The notes beneath the pieces are model-generated. The model was not told where the DNA came from and made no database searches. It saw only the letters and a list, made by a program, of their open reading frames with translations. From contig NC_134025.1 of assembly GCF_964204645.1 (NCBI RefSeq), positions 17,149,101 to 17,213,100 on the forward strand: a stretch of 64,000 nucleotides of DNA, in the 5' to 3' direction. Positions 12,368-24,774 of this stretch are shown in pieces. This DNA is from Tubulanus polymorphus. Its lineage: Eukaryota > Animalia > Nemertea. Within the stretch, counting starts at the first letter, position 1, and every line of letters begins with the position of its first letter. Position numbers and translations under genes: made by a program.

Positions 12368-13689
12368 ATGGTAGATAGTTTTCCGAAAGCTTTCCAATAT
12401 AATAAATCAATTAAATATAATATTCCAGCAATAGATTTTAATAAAGATATTACATATAGAAATGAAGTTTAAAATTCATTAATTGATTTATATATTTATG
12501 TTACTGAAAGTAATAATTTTCATGTAAAGATGGAAAATATATTTCATGTGTATACAATTAATTTTAAAAATTTAAATGAGGCAAAACAATGGTTATTAAA
12601 ATCTAATATGAAGTATTGGCAGAACCAATTAAATTTTGCTGTTTATTTCGCAACAACAGGATGTGGAATAAGTTGGAATGATCATTTGAATAAACCAAGT
12701 TTACCATTGATGTTAACACTTTTTATATTTCATACATATTTTCAAATAAAATTAATATTAGATGAATTAGAACTCTACCATGTTCAAAATATTTTAAAGA
12801 ATTGAATGATAATATTAATTTTTCTAAGTTTTATAAAATATGTAATGAATTTAATATTAATTCAAATAAAGATTTTAGAGCAAAAATTGGTACAATGGGT
12901 GGATTAGGAATATTATATACTAAAGAATTTGGAAAAATAATAACAAATTCAGATATAAGAACACTAAATTGGAATGAATTACCAAAATATTATAATAATA
13001 TACAACAACAAAACAATAATGGTTGGGTTATTAATTTCATTTTAGAAAATAGTGAAGGTTTTACAAAATCAGGTATACAAAGAATAAATCAATCTATTTG
13101 AACTTATTTGATATGTATTTTAGGCGCGCAAGTTGAAACAAGATCACCAATAGTTGGAAATGATAACACTTCATTCGATGCGCAGAAACAATTCAAAGTA
13201 TTATTTGAAGATTCAATTCATAATGATAAAAATAGATCTATTCCAGAAAACATTGTAAGATATCAAAATTATTTAGATAAATCTCATGTAAGACTAAATT
13301 ATTGTATAGGTCCTAATCTATTAATTATTTCTAATGATTTAGTATTAAAGATGGGAAATATAATTGGTTATAATAATCTAATTAAAACTGCAACAATAAA
13401 TAATTCATTTGGATTAAATGATATAAATAAAAAGATTATTACCGCTCCAAAATTAATGGAAGGTGAAAAAAATAAAAGACATATTCAATCAATAGAAACT
13501 AAAACTAAGAATATTAAATTAAATAATGATTCTAAACCGGATTATAATAGATCAGAAAATATTAAAACTGATAATATTCAACATGATATAATTAAAACTG
13601 ATAATGATAATAAATTCCATGAAAATACTAAATTAGCTTTAACTTGTATAGGAATTGTAATCGGAGGAATATTATATTTTAAATTTTAA
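12368..13689 (+). pseudogene. ~462-aa conserved protein, variant central region
   Basis: ORF pieces 12530, 12802 and 13108 match 62117..63505. Confidence 0.8.
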
Positions 13690-13705
13690 TTTTTTTATTA
13701 TATAA

Positions 13706-15169
13706 ATGGATGTAGAAGGTGGAGAAGATATTGGAATGGATAATTCTGATGAATCTGGTATAACTGATGAACAACAACCTGATTTTAGTGAAACAAGTTT
13801 TAATGACGGTAATGAGCCAGGACATAATAATAATTTAAATATACCTGATTATATTAAAAACGCAGAATCACAATTAAATCCTGAAAATTTAGACCCATAT
13901 TTAGTAAAACAAGATTTAGATAATTTAAACAAAATACCTAAATTAGAACATTTAATTGAAAATTCTAAACTTAATATAAATGATGAAGACGTTGGACCTT
14001 TAGCAGATCAATTAAAATTTTTAGATAATGGTAAATGGTATTATCATTTGAAAGGTGATTATTATATTGATATCACTTATAAAAATAATAAAAATAAAAT
14101 ATTAACAAAATCAACTTTGAGTTATTTAGATCCAGATAGAATTAAAAGAATTAGTAATAGTAATGTAATAACTGATGTTATAAAACAAGAATTAACTGAT
14201 AATGATATAGACGTATTTAAACAAAGAATTAATGAATTATTTGAAATAATCAAAAAGAAAACAGAAACAGAAACAACTTCTGAACAGAATATAACTTCCA
14301 AAACTAGTAAACTTAAATCAAATAAAGTTCCAATTGAAAAACTTTTACCGAATGGATTAATTGATGCAACAGATCAACAATTAGAAGATTTATATATATT
14401 TTCTGATGAAGCAATTAGAGAAATTATTAGTATAAGAAATGAAGCTGATAAAATTGCACATAATAAAAGTATAAGAGATCAAAAAATTATGTATTTGGAA
14501 AAAGAATTAACTAATGCAAATAAAGAAATAGAACAACTAAAGTCTGATTTAGATCATCAAGTAATTGATGAAATAGAATATAGGCAAAAAGAAAAACGAT
14601 TAGAAAAAGAAATTAATAATTCAAAAGATAATTTAGAAGTACAGAAAGAAGAAATTAAATTATTATTAAAATCATATGATTATAATATTAATAGATTTAA
14701 AGTTATTTTTAAAGATTTGTTGATAAAACCAAATTCTGAAATATCATTAAAAGATAGAATAAAGTTATTATTTAAATTAGAAGGAATAACAATTCTTTCA
14801 ATTCTAACAGCTGTAACTATGTTATTTACAACAATTGGTTTAGCAATATCAATTTCTTTGAAATCTACTCCTACTCCCAATAAACCGGATTAACCCCCGA
14901 ATGATAATAATTCTATACAAGATAAAGTTAAGGATGGTTTAAAGAAATTAGCAAAATATTTATGGGAACTATCTAAAAAATCTGCTGCAGCATTGCCCGG
15001 AGTTATTGCATCAATTGTTGGTTTTATATTGAAATCTGCAGGAAATATTATTAACTTTGCTGCCGAACATATTATTTTATTTCTAATTACAGTTGTAAGT
15101 GCAATTATTTTTGGGTTAGTGAATATGATATCAAAAAGACATCAAGAAAACATAATAAAAGATAAATAA
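13706..15169 (+). pseudogene. Acidic N-terminus / coiled-coil / C-terminal TM protein (stop at 14893)
   Basis: 395-aa ORF plus downstream in-frame TM segments matching 45121..45516. Confidence 0.75.
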
Positions 15170-15189
15170 TTAATTTTTTTGTTAAATAA

Positions 15190-16423
15190 ATGAGTGGGAG
15201 TTATATAAGTCCTTCTAAGAATTCTAGAATATCTAATGCTATTAAAGCAGAAAGATCACATCATATAATTACTCATAATCCTTCAAATATTAATCCCGAT
15301 GAAACTTTATATGTTAGAATTCCTAGATTAACACAAAATACTTTTTATGTTCCAAATAGTATTTATTTATCAGCCGATATAAAAGTAACTGGTAATAATA
15401 ATAATTATGTTGTTGATAATGTTGGAAGATATTTGATTAAAAAATTAACTATAAAGATTGGTCCAGAAACAGTTTTCTCATTACATGATTATAATTTATT
15501 TATGCATTATAAAGATTTATGGTTAACTAAAGAAAATAGAAATAATATGATATTTCAAGGCAACCAATGCGAAAACCAAAATAAATTAAGATCTGAAGCC
15601 AATAATGCAGTAGTGACTAATGACGTAGATAATTTGATTAAAAAGATTTATTGAAGCAAATATAAAATTCCATTAGATTTTGAATTGATAAATAATAATG
15701 CACCTTTATATAAATATGTAATTCAAGAAGATATTATATTTGAGATAACATTTGCTCCTGTAAATGAAATTGTATTATCTAGCGTTGCTAAAGATATGGG
15801 TTATAAATTATCGAATATATGTTTAGAATATAATACAGTAACTAATGAAAATATTGCTAACACAATTCAAACACAATACAATCAAGGATTTTCATTATTA
15901 TATGATTATATTGATAAATTTAAAACTGTAACTATTAATGCAAATGATGAAATAATTAATGAGAATATTAACTTCCCAAGAAGATCTATTAAAGGTATAT
16001 TAATATTTTTTACCATTGCAACATATTCTAATGGGGCAATAAAGGTAGATAATTATTATAATCCTGAAATAACAAAAGTAGAAATAACTATCGAAGGAAT
16101 AGCAAATAAAATATTTTGTCAAGGAATGAGAATGATAGATCAATGGCCAGAAATTAGAAAACATTTTATGAATGAAAAAGTGAAATCATCTGAAAATTGC
16201 AATACTAATCAAATTGATTATTATACCGGTAATAAATATGCATTATGGTTAGATTTTAGAACAACAGAGGATAATTCATTACATGGTTCTGGGAAAAAAT
16301 TACAGAACACTAAAGATGGAATACAATTATTCATGAAAAAGAAAAAAGGAAGCTTAAATTTATATTATATCTGACGCACAATTAAATATTGTAAATTCAC
16401 AATTAGATAGTATTCAATATTAG
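15190..16423 (+). pseudogene. Major capsid protein (probable double jelly-roll), disrupted
   Basis: ~410 codons; ITHNPSNINPDETLYVRIP..VPNSIYLSADI N-terminus, beta-rich, located next to integrase/ATPase. Confidence 0.7.
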
Positions 16424-16453
16424 AAATATTAAGTTAAAATTAAGGATATATAA

Positions 16454-17580
16454 ATGGGTGGTAAAAAACTCCTAATACTAAAGAACAATATTTAAGAAAT
16501 TTATATTACAACCCTGAGAGTTCGGTTGCTTATTCTTCTAACAAAAATATATGGCGTCAAGTAAAACAAGATAAATTAGATAAGATAATCCCACAAAATT
16601 TAGTTAAATTTTAAGATATAAATGAATTTATGTTAGAACAACCAACATATACAACACATAAAAAAATTGTTATATAATATAAAACTCGTAAAACTATGGT
16701 AAGTTATGTAGATCAACAGTGGCAAGGAGATTTGATTGATATGAAAAATGTTAAGAAAGATAATGATGATTATTGATGGTTATTGAATATAATTGATATT
16801 TTTAGTCGTTATGTATGGAGCTTCCCACTTTATAGAAAAGATGATGTACAAACATCAAATGTTTTAAGAAAATTTCTTTCGGATGATAAACTAAAACCAG
16901 AAAAAATACAATTTGATGATGGAAAAGAATTTGATAATTCACTTGTTCATGAACTCTTAGATAATCATGATATTAAATATTTTTCAACAAAATCGGACAA
17001 AAAAGCAGCAGTTGTTGAACGATTTAATAGAACATTAAGAACAAGAATGTGGAAATATTTTACAGCAAATAATACTTTTAAATGGATTGATGTTTTACCA
17101 AAATTGATAGAAGGATATAATAATTCTTATCATTCTTCTATTGGAATGAAACCTATTGATGCTAGAAAACCTGAAAATGCTGAAATTGTTTGGAATAATT
17201 TATATGGAGCATTTCTTGTAGATGATTTTGGTGAACCTAAATTTAAAGTTGGTCAAAATGTTAGAATTTCTAAGTATAAAAAGATATTTGACAAGGGATA
17301 CGATCGAAATTTTACTAGAGAAATATATAAAATAAAAAAGGTAATAACAACAAAACCATATGTCTATAAATTAGAAGATTTAAATGGTGAAGAAGTTCAT
17401 GGGTATTTTTATGAAGAAGAATTGAGTTTAACTACTGAAAATCTAGAACAAGAATATAAAATTGAAAAAGTATTAAAAACAAAAACTGTTAAAAGAAAAA
17501 AATATTCTTTAGTAAAATGGGTTGGATGGCCAGATAGATTCAATGAATGGATATTATCAAGTAAAATTAAAAATATATAA
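16454..17580 (+). pseudogene. Retroviral-like (rve) integrase with C-terminal chromodomain
   Basis: WQGDL, IDIFSRY, QFDDGKEF and AVVERFNRT DDE motifs; YKIEKVL..SLVKW.GW..FNEWI chromodomain. Confidence 0.92.
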
Positions 17581-18189
17581 ATGAATAAGGAATTATTTAT
17601 ATTTGAGCCTCATAATATGTTAATTTCTGGCGTAACAAATTGTGGAAAAACTTATTTTATATTAAATTTATTAGAAACTGTTTATATAAACTATTTTGAT
17701 AATATAGTATTATTTTGCCCAACATATGAATTTAATCAAACTTATGATAGAAATATTACTAGAAATAATAAATTTATTATATTAGATCCTAAAACAGTAA
17801 AAGAAAATTTAGATAATTGTATAAAAATAGCAATTGATATTTATAAAGGATCAAACACATTATTTATCATAGATGATTGTGCAAATTTACATGATTCAAA
17901 AATTAGAGAGAGTGAGTTATGTTATTTAGCTTTTTGTGGTAGACATTTTGGGATAACAACTTGGGTTTTAAATCAAAAATATAATTCAATTGTTAAAGAC
18001 TTTAGAGAAAACATAAGATTTCTAGTTTTATTCTACAATAAAGATAGAAAATCGATGATAAATGCACTTGAGGAAGATGATATTATTCCACATGATTTAC
18101 ATAATGAATATATGGATAAGTTGAAAAATATTAAAAGATCAAAATTACTATTTAGATTACAACACCAATTTAAATATGAATTTATTTAA
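17581..18189 (+). CDS. A32-like DNA packaging ATPase
   Basis: Walker A GVTNCGKT, Walker B LFIIDD, and GRHFGI..LNQ motif. Confidence 0.9.
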   Translation: MNKELFIFEPHNMLISGVTNCGKTYFILNLLETVYINYFDNIVLFCPTYEFNQTYDRNITRNNKFIILDPKTVKENLDNCIKIAIDIYKGSNTLFIIDDCANLHDSKIRESELCYLAFCGRHFGITTWVLNQKYNSIVKDFRENIRFLVLFYNKDRKSMINALEEDDIIPHDLHNEYMDKLKNIKRSKLLFRLQHQFKYEFI

Positions 18190-18380
18190 ATTCAACTAGC
18201 TTGTTAATCTAGTATATTTTTAGTTACATTCTAGTTGAATTCTAGTTATTAGTAGTTGGAACAAAAATCAACTAGATTCAACAAGAAATAAATAAAAACA
18301 ACAATATTTCAACTAGCTTGTTAATTTAGTTGAATTCTAGTTACATTCTAGTTGAATTCTAGTTGCAACAACACAACTAA
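18190..18380. repeat. CTAG-core repeat array (TTCTAGTT/AACTAG, both orientations)
   Basis: Many CTAG-centred units in ~190 bp; expanded at 29268-29540. Confidence 0.85.
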
Positions 18381-18396
18381 TTTTTTTGTTATATAA

Positions 18397-19002
18397 ATGG
18401 TAGGTGAAAAGAAAATAAAATCTAAAAATGGTGATGTTCCAATTGAAAAAACTTTAGATGATTTAGGAATAACAGCAAACAAATTAATTCCAGATGATGG
18501 TGCTTTAAATAATGTTACAACAAATAATAATTATGAATATTATCTTTATTGTAAACATCAATTGGAAATATTAATAGCATCTGGAAATTGTAAAAATTTT
18601 ATCGGTAAAAATTTAACTTACAATGAATTAGATACAATGAAATCAGATGAAATTATTAGATTATTTAAGATTTATGAAACCGCGAGAACAGCTAGAATTA
18701 ATGACGCGATATCAGAAAATGTAGTAAAAGGTTATAGTAAATTATTTAATTATATGCTGCCAATTCAAGAGGAAAATAGCTTATATGCTGATTCAAAAAA
18801 TGATTATTTAGTTATGACTGAATTAAATAAATGGATTGGATATTTATCATTTCAATTAGGTGGATTTATGACATTATTATCAACTGGAGTTATAACATTT
18901 TCAAATATTGAAAGTAAAAATATTTCTATAATAAATGAACAAGGTGGAAGAAGTGAAGGAATTAACTGTAAAGAAAAAACCGAGATCACAGAAACAAATT
19001 GA
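18397..19002 (+). CDS. Conserved ~175-200-aa virus protein
   Basis: YEYYLYCKH motif; homologues at 29557 and 50030-50624 (minus). Confidence 0.7.
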   Translation: MVGEKKIKSKNGDVPIEKTLDDLGITANKLIPDDGALNNVTTNNNYEYYLYCKHQLEILIASGNCKNFIGKNLTYNELDTMKSDEIIRLFKIYETARTARINDAISENVVKGYSKLFNYMLPIQEENSLYADSKNDYLVMTELNKWIGYLSFQLGGFMTLLSTGVITFSNIESKNISIINEQGGRSEGINCKEKTEITETN

Positions 19003-19256
19003 ATGGTCTCGGCAATTAGGAATTAAATCACAAGAATATAAAAAAGCTGTAAAAGAAAAAATAAGTAATAAAAATGTTAATAAAAATAGTGAAAATATAT
19101 TTTACAGTTGGATTTGTAATTGTATTCATTTTGATTGGGTGTAATTGGTACAAGAAATCAAATAAAATTCATGATATTTATAATTCTGAAACAACTGCTA
19201 TCAAAAATGAAAATACTTCTGAAATTCCAAAATTGATAATAAAAAAAATGGATTAA
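18935..19256 (+). pseudogene. Small basic plus TM protein (frameshifted)
   Basis: KPRSQKQIEW motif; homologous to 30093..30497. Confidence 0.65.
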
Positions 19257-19284
19257 TATTTTAGAAAAAAAGCAAAAAAATAAT

Positions 19285-19363
19285 TGAATATCTCACTACT
19301 TTTGTCTATCTAAGCGGAGCAATTAAATTGTCCAGATAAGTCATTTCGGATTCTAGATATTCA
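19285..19363. other. Conserved non-coding stem-loop motif, copy 1
   Basis: TCTCACTACT...GGAGCA...TGTCCAGATAAGTCATTTCGGATT; also at 30510 and 50873. Confidence 0.7.
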
Positions 19364-19657
19364 TTATTTTTATTAATTTATTTTGTTTTTTTAATTTGAA
19401 GTTTTTACTTGAATATTGTATTACAGTCGTTTCTTATTATTAGTTTTTTCTTAAATTGAAAGATGGCAGCACTGGGTGGGGTGTGATGCTAAAATGAATA
19501 TTTGAATTTGAATTTGTTAATCAATTAACATGGTAATTGATTACTAATTTGATTAAAAATTATATCATGATTAAGTTAAAAATCCATAATTCATTTATCA
19601 GTTTTCATTCCTATATTCTTTTCATTCGGAATAATTTATAATTTCAAATTTCATATA

Positions 19658-20016
19658 TTTCTTTAGTAAACACCAACAACATTTACTTAGGTGTTTTAGC
19701 TAAGTAAGGCAATTCATTCGATCACTGGAGTGCCGCCGGGCTTGGCTTGCAGGGGCATTTCGAAAATGCACCTTTGTCCACCCTCCGTGGTTCTCCTTCA
19801 GTTTCGACTTTCGATCCTCCTTTCGGGGGTAAGGGGTTGATAGGAAATGCATCAGGCGCCTTTAATATAATGTGTTTCCTGTCAACCATTGAAGGAGAAT
19901 TGGTGAGGTGTGGGTCACAGGGGTGTAAGTAGAAGTGCTTGGGGATAGGTATCTCGTGGCGCCTCTCAATAACGGGATGCTTATCCCCTAAAAACTCTGC
20001 GAGTCAAGACGGGTGG
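19658..20016 (+). other. GC-richer, strongly base-paired segment of unknown identity
   Basis: Several 13-17-bp stems that close fully only with G-U pairs on the + strand. Confidence 0.5.
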
Positions 20017-20101
20017 AGTAATTAGAAGATGGCGTTTTCATACCAGAGTACTAGAGTACTAGACACCACTCATCACCACAAGTAATTTTTTTTCCTTATA
20101 A

Positions 20102-22078
20102 ATGGGGGAGAATAAGACAGAACAAATTGATGTTAATGAAAATCAATATCATTGTCCATATTGTAAAAAATACATTGATAAATCTAATAAATCTAAACAT
20201 GAAAAATCTGCAAATCATATAAAAAATGTAATAGATTTTGAAACTCCAGAAAATTCCAATGAAAGAAAAGAACGATTAGAAAATATGAATGTGGATGAAA
20301 TAAAATGTGAAGTTTGTAATGAATTTATAGTAAAAAGGAATTATAATAGACATCTCGAATCACAAAAACACCATCAAAATTTGAGTAATTGTGTTTTAGG
20401 AAAAGATTATTTTGATGATAAACCTCAAAAAGTAAAAAAACCAACTTCAAAAACTAAATCCATTTCAAATAAACCTTACATGGAAAATGTTAGAAATTAT
20501 ATTGATTCACTAGAAATAAAAGATACAATTGAAATATTAGAAACATTACATAGTAAAATTGGTCCTGCGGCTATTATATTTAGATTCTTTAAAGGAACAA
20601 CAATAGAAGATTATAGTAAATCTAATGAAATAATAGAAAAAATACTAGATTTGATAACAGATGTTGAATATCCAAAAATTAGTATCTCTGGGAAAGTAAG
20701 TATTATAAAGTCAGAAGATAAAATGGATTATAATATTCAAACACTCTCTGAAGAAATAATTTCAAAAACGCAAATAAAAGAGAAGTTAGAAAAAATATTT
20801 AATGAATTTAAACGTCTTATTGAAGAGAGATATTTTGAGGGTTCTGGTTTAACATTGAATGGAATTATATTTTTAGATTTAAATGTTTATTATACAAAAA
20901 GGAATAAAACATCAAAAAGTAAAACAATGTTTGAAAATCACTCAAACTTTACAACAGAAAAGGATATTAAAGCATCAAGTTATATTAAATTACCATTTAC
21001 AACAAAAGCAGTAATAAATGTTCAAAATGAAGATAAATGTTTTCTATGGTCAATTATTAGTTGCTTACACCCAACAGAAGATATTACGCATAGTTTTAGA
21101 ATAACAAATTACCGGAAATATGAAACATTATATAAAATTGATCAATATCCAGTAACTGTAAAAATGATACCCAAAATAGAAAAAATTAATAAGTTAAAAA
21201 TAACTGTATTCGAATTAATACAATTACCAAAGACAAAAGGTGAAAATATTAAAGATTATACATTGGAAGCTTTATATTTAACAGAATATTATGATGATGA
21301 AAATGCTATAGATTTGTTATATTACAAAAAAGATGAAAATGAACATTATATGTGGTTAAAACAAATTGATTTATTCTTTAGAACAGAAAGTGATTTTAAC
21401 AGTCATAAAATTTATCTATGTAGAAAATGTTTATCTGAATTTAGAACTGAGAATGCGTTACTAAAACATAAAGAATTATGTGATAATAAAGATTTTTGCA
21501 AATTAATAATGCCAACAGAAAAAGATTATAAATTGAAATTTACTAATCATAAATTTAAAAATATTGTTCCATTTGTAATTTATGGGAATTTTGAATCGTT
21601 GAATAAAGAATTAACTGATCAAGATAGAAAAGAAATATATAACAAAAAGCAATTATTAAAATCAATGGATAAAGGAAATGAATTAAATGAAGACACAACA
21701 CAAGATCCGCCAATTATAAATACAATTAAAAAAGTTCATCAAAGAGCTGCTGCTTATGGAATTTATATAAAATCAAATTATCAATATATTTCTTTTAGAG
21801 GTGAAGATGTAGTTAATGATTTTTGTAACAAAATGATTGAATTAGAAAGTGATTTTGCAAAATTATTAAACAGAAATAAAAGAATATTCATGACAAAAGA
21901 AGATGAAATTGATTGTGAAAAACGTTTTTATTCATTTGATAAAAAAGTTAGAGATCATGATCATTTAAATTCAAAATATCGTGGAGCTGCTCATGAAGAT
22001 TGCAATTTACAAGCTAAGAAAGTTAATTTCGTGCCAATATTATTAAATCATAATCAAATCACCTTTAGAATATTATGA
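20102..22078 (+). pseudogene. pPolB N-terminal half (type 1), truncated by deletion
   Basis: Zn fingers, SSYIKLP..KCFLWSI, VIYGNFES and RDHDHL..RGAAH; ends just before ExoII. Confidence 0.88.
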
Positions 22079-22226
22079 ATTAAATGAAGATGGAATTATT
22101 GATGGTATTAAAAACATATTAACCAAAATATATGATAATCATAAAAGTAGTAATGAAATAAATGTTGAATTAATCATCACTAAGATAACTAAATATTTTG
22201 ATGATAGTAATTTTTTTGATAAATAA

Positions 22227-22448
22227 ATGAGTGATAATAAGTGGATAATAACTGGATTATATAATGGAGCATTACTATCAGTTGGAACTGTTGGTCAATC
22301 AATGGTATTAAAAAAGGTATTCAAAATGGGAAGTGTTAATGTTGATAGATTTGATATCAATGATATTTTAAAATTAACATTAGCAATTACTTTATCTAAT
22401 TTAACTATTGATTATTTAGAAAAACAAAAATATATTCCTCCCATATAA
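22227..22448 (+). CDS. 73-aa hydrophobic virus protein
   Basis: Near-identical to 3049 and 41560. Confidence 0.75.
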   Translation: MSDNKWIITGLYNGALLSVGTVGQSMVLKKVFKMGSVNVDRFDINDILKLTLAITLSNLTIDYLEKQKYIPPI

Positions 22449-22472
22449 ATGCGTAATTATTTTACTAAATAA

Positions 22473-23349
22473 ATGGCTTCTGCAATTATAACTATTATAG
22501 GATCGGCAATTGTTAACGCTTTAGCATTTACTGGTGGTGGTTATTTATTTAAGCATATTGATAAAAATAGTTCATTAGGAGAACAAAGGAGACATAATTT
22601 AGCATTAGAGAAATATAATAAAGCAGCGGAAGAATACAGAGAAAAACGACAAAACTATATGGATTATATTAACAAGGAATTATATGATCAGAAGATTTCA
22701 CATAGAGATTTTCAATGAGTTGATGATGCAATGAGTTTATATAACGCAGTAACCAATAAAGAAAAATTACATCTATACAAACCTAAATTATCAGATTATT
22801 ATACCCCAAGTAAAGAACAACAGAAATATGAAATAATTTGGATTTTAGGTGGAACTGTTATTGTTATATTTGTAACATATAAATTTACTAATTAGTAATT
22901 TTTTTTCTAAATAAATGGAAGATAAAGTTGATAGTATTGATATTATTCCTCATGATATAAATAAAACTAAATTAAAAATATATTTAGAAAAACAAATATT
23001 AGAATTTGAAAATGACTTAAAGATAAAAAAGAAAAAATATTTAAAAAGTAAAATTATATATTATCTTATTATTAGTGGTTCGGTTACAATTAGTTCTGTA
23101 ATAACATTTCTAGCAATATTCAGCCCATTAACACCTTAAGCTATATCAATTGGTGTGTTAGGATTAAGTTCAAGTGTTTTAACTGGTATAAGTTCAAAAT
23201 TAAATATAAAAAGTAATAAAGAAAAAATTAAAACTAATATAAAAGAAATTAATAAATTAAAGAATACACTAGATTATATGATAAGTTTAAATGGTCATAT
23301 AACAGTTGAAGAACAAGATAAATTATTAAAAGAATTAGTTAATTATTAA
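22473..23349 (+). pseudogene. 140-aa and 144-aa membrane protein genes, each with a premature stop
   Basis: Homologous to 11475 and 11917. Confidence 0.75.
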
Positions 23350-23365
23350 TTTTTTAATTATATAA

Positions 23366-24758
23366 ATGGCAGATAGTTTTCCAAAAGCTTTCCAATATAA
23401 TAAATCTATTAAATATAATATTCCAGCAATAGATTTTAATAAAGATATTACATATAGAAATGAAGTTTTAGATTTATTACCTAATTTAGCAATTTATGTT
23501 ACTGAAACTAATAATTTTAATGCAAAGATGGAAAATATATTTCATGTATATTTAATTAATTTTAAAAAATTGAAAGATGAAAAACAATGGTTATTAAAAT
23601 CTAATATGAAGTATTGGCAGAACCAATTAAATTTTGCTGTTTATTGTGCAACAACAGGAAGCGGAATTAGTTGGAATGATCATTTGAATAATTCTAAATA
23701 TAAATTAATTCAAAGTTTATTTAGATTTCATACATACTTTCAAATCAGAATAATATTAAATGAATTAGAGTGCGCTTTATCAGGATCTAGGTATTTTAAA
23801 GAATTAGATAATAATATTAATTTATCAAAGTTTTATAAAATTTGTAATGAATTTAATATAGATATAAATATTTATAATATAAATTTTTAGAACCAAAATT
23901 GGAACAATAAGATCACTTCCTTGCCCTAAAAAGATTGCAGAATATTGTGCACTTCCCATACCATCTAATAGTTTGTATAATATCTATAGTAATAAATTAG
24001 GTTATGGTAAAATAGAAACTAAGGATTTAGAAACATTCAATTTCAATAAATTACCGACATTTTATGATAATTTAAAACAAGAAAACAATAATGGTTGGGT
24101 TTATTTCATTTTAGAAAGTAATGAAGGTTTTACAAAATCAGGTATACAAAGAATAAATCAATCTATTAGAACTTATTTGATATGTATTTTAGGTGCGCAA
24201 GTTGAAACAAGATCCCCAATAATTGGAAATTTAAATACATCATTTGATGCACAGAAACAATTCAAAGTATTATTTGAAGATTCTATTTATAATGATAAAA
24301 ATAGATCGATTCCAGAAGACATTGTAAGACATCAAAATTATTTAGATAAATCTCATGTAAGACTAAATTATTGTATAGGCCCTAATCTATTAATTATTTC
24401 TAATGATTTAGTACTAAAGATGGGAAACATAATTGGTTACAATAATCTAATCAAAACTGCAACAATAAATAATTCATTTGGATTAAATGATATAAATAAA
24501 AAGATTATTACCGCTCCAAAATTAATGGAAGGTGAAAAAAATAAAAAACATATTCAATCAACAGAAACTAAAACTAAGAATATTAAATTAAATAATGATT
24601 CTAAACCGGATTATAATAGATCAGAAAATATTAAAACTGATAATATTCAACATGATATAATTAAAACTGATAATGATAATAAATTCCATGAAAATACTAA
24701 ATTAGCTTTAACTTGTACAGGAATTGTTATAGGAGGAATATTATACTTTAAATTTTAA
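23366..24758 (+). pseudogene. ~462-aa conserved protein (frameshifted)
   Basis: ORFs 23366 and 23973 match 62117..63505. Confidence 0.8.
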
Positions 24759-24774
24759 TTTTTTTATTATATAA

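Larger units (their letters stand above)
10242..19430 (+). mobile_element. Polinton-like copy B (5' part removed by A; right terminus not found)
   Basis: Order: mCP 3' part, small ORFs, MCP, integrase, ATPase, two further ORFs. The right boundary is approximate. Confidence 0.85.

Noticed and set aside
18190-18380. CRISPR-like array
   Set aside because: The units are irregular and in both orientations, with no unique constant-length spacers and no cas genes; the context is eukaryotic.
19285-19363. Hammerhead or hairpin ribozyme
   Set aside because: No CUGANGA box or hairpin-ribozyme loop consensus seen on either strand; kept only as an unknown structure.
19736-19932. SRP/7SL RNA or the 61-aa ORF
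   Set aside because: Only GCCGGGC resembles the SRP start. The ORF has a non-ATG start and no motifs.
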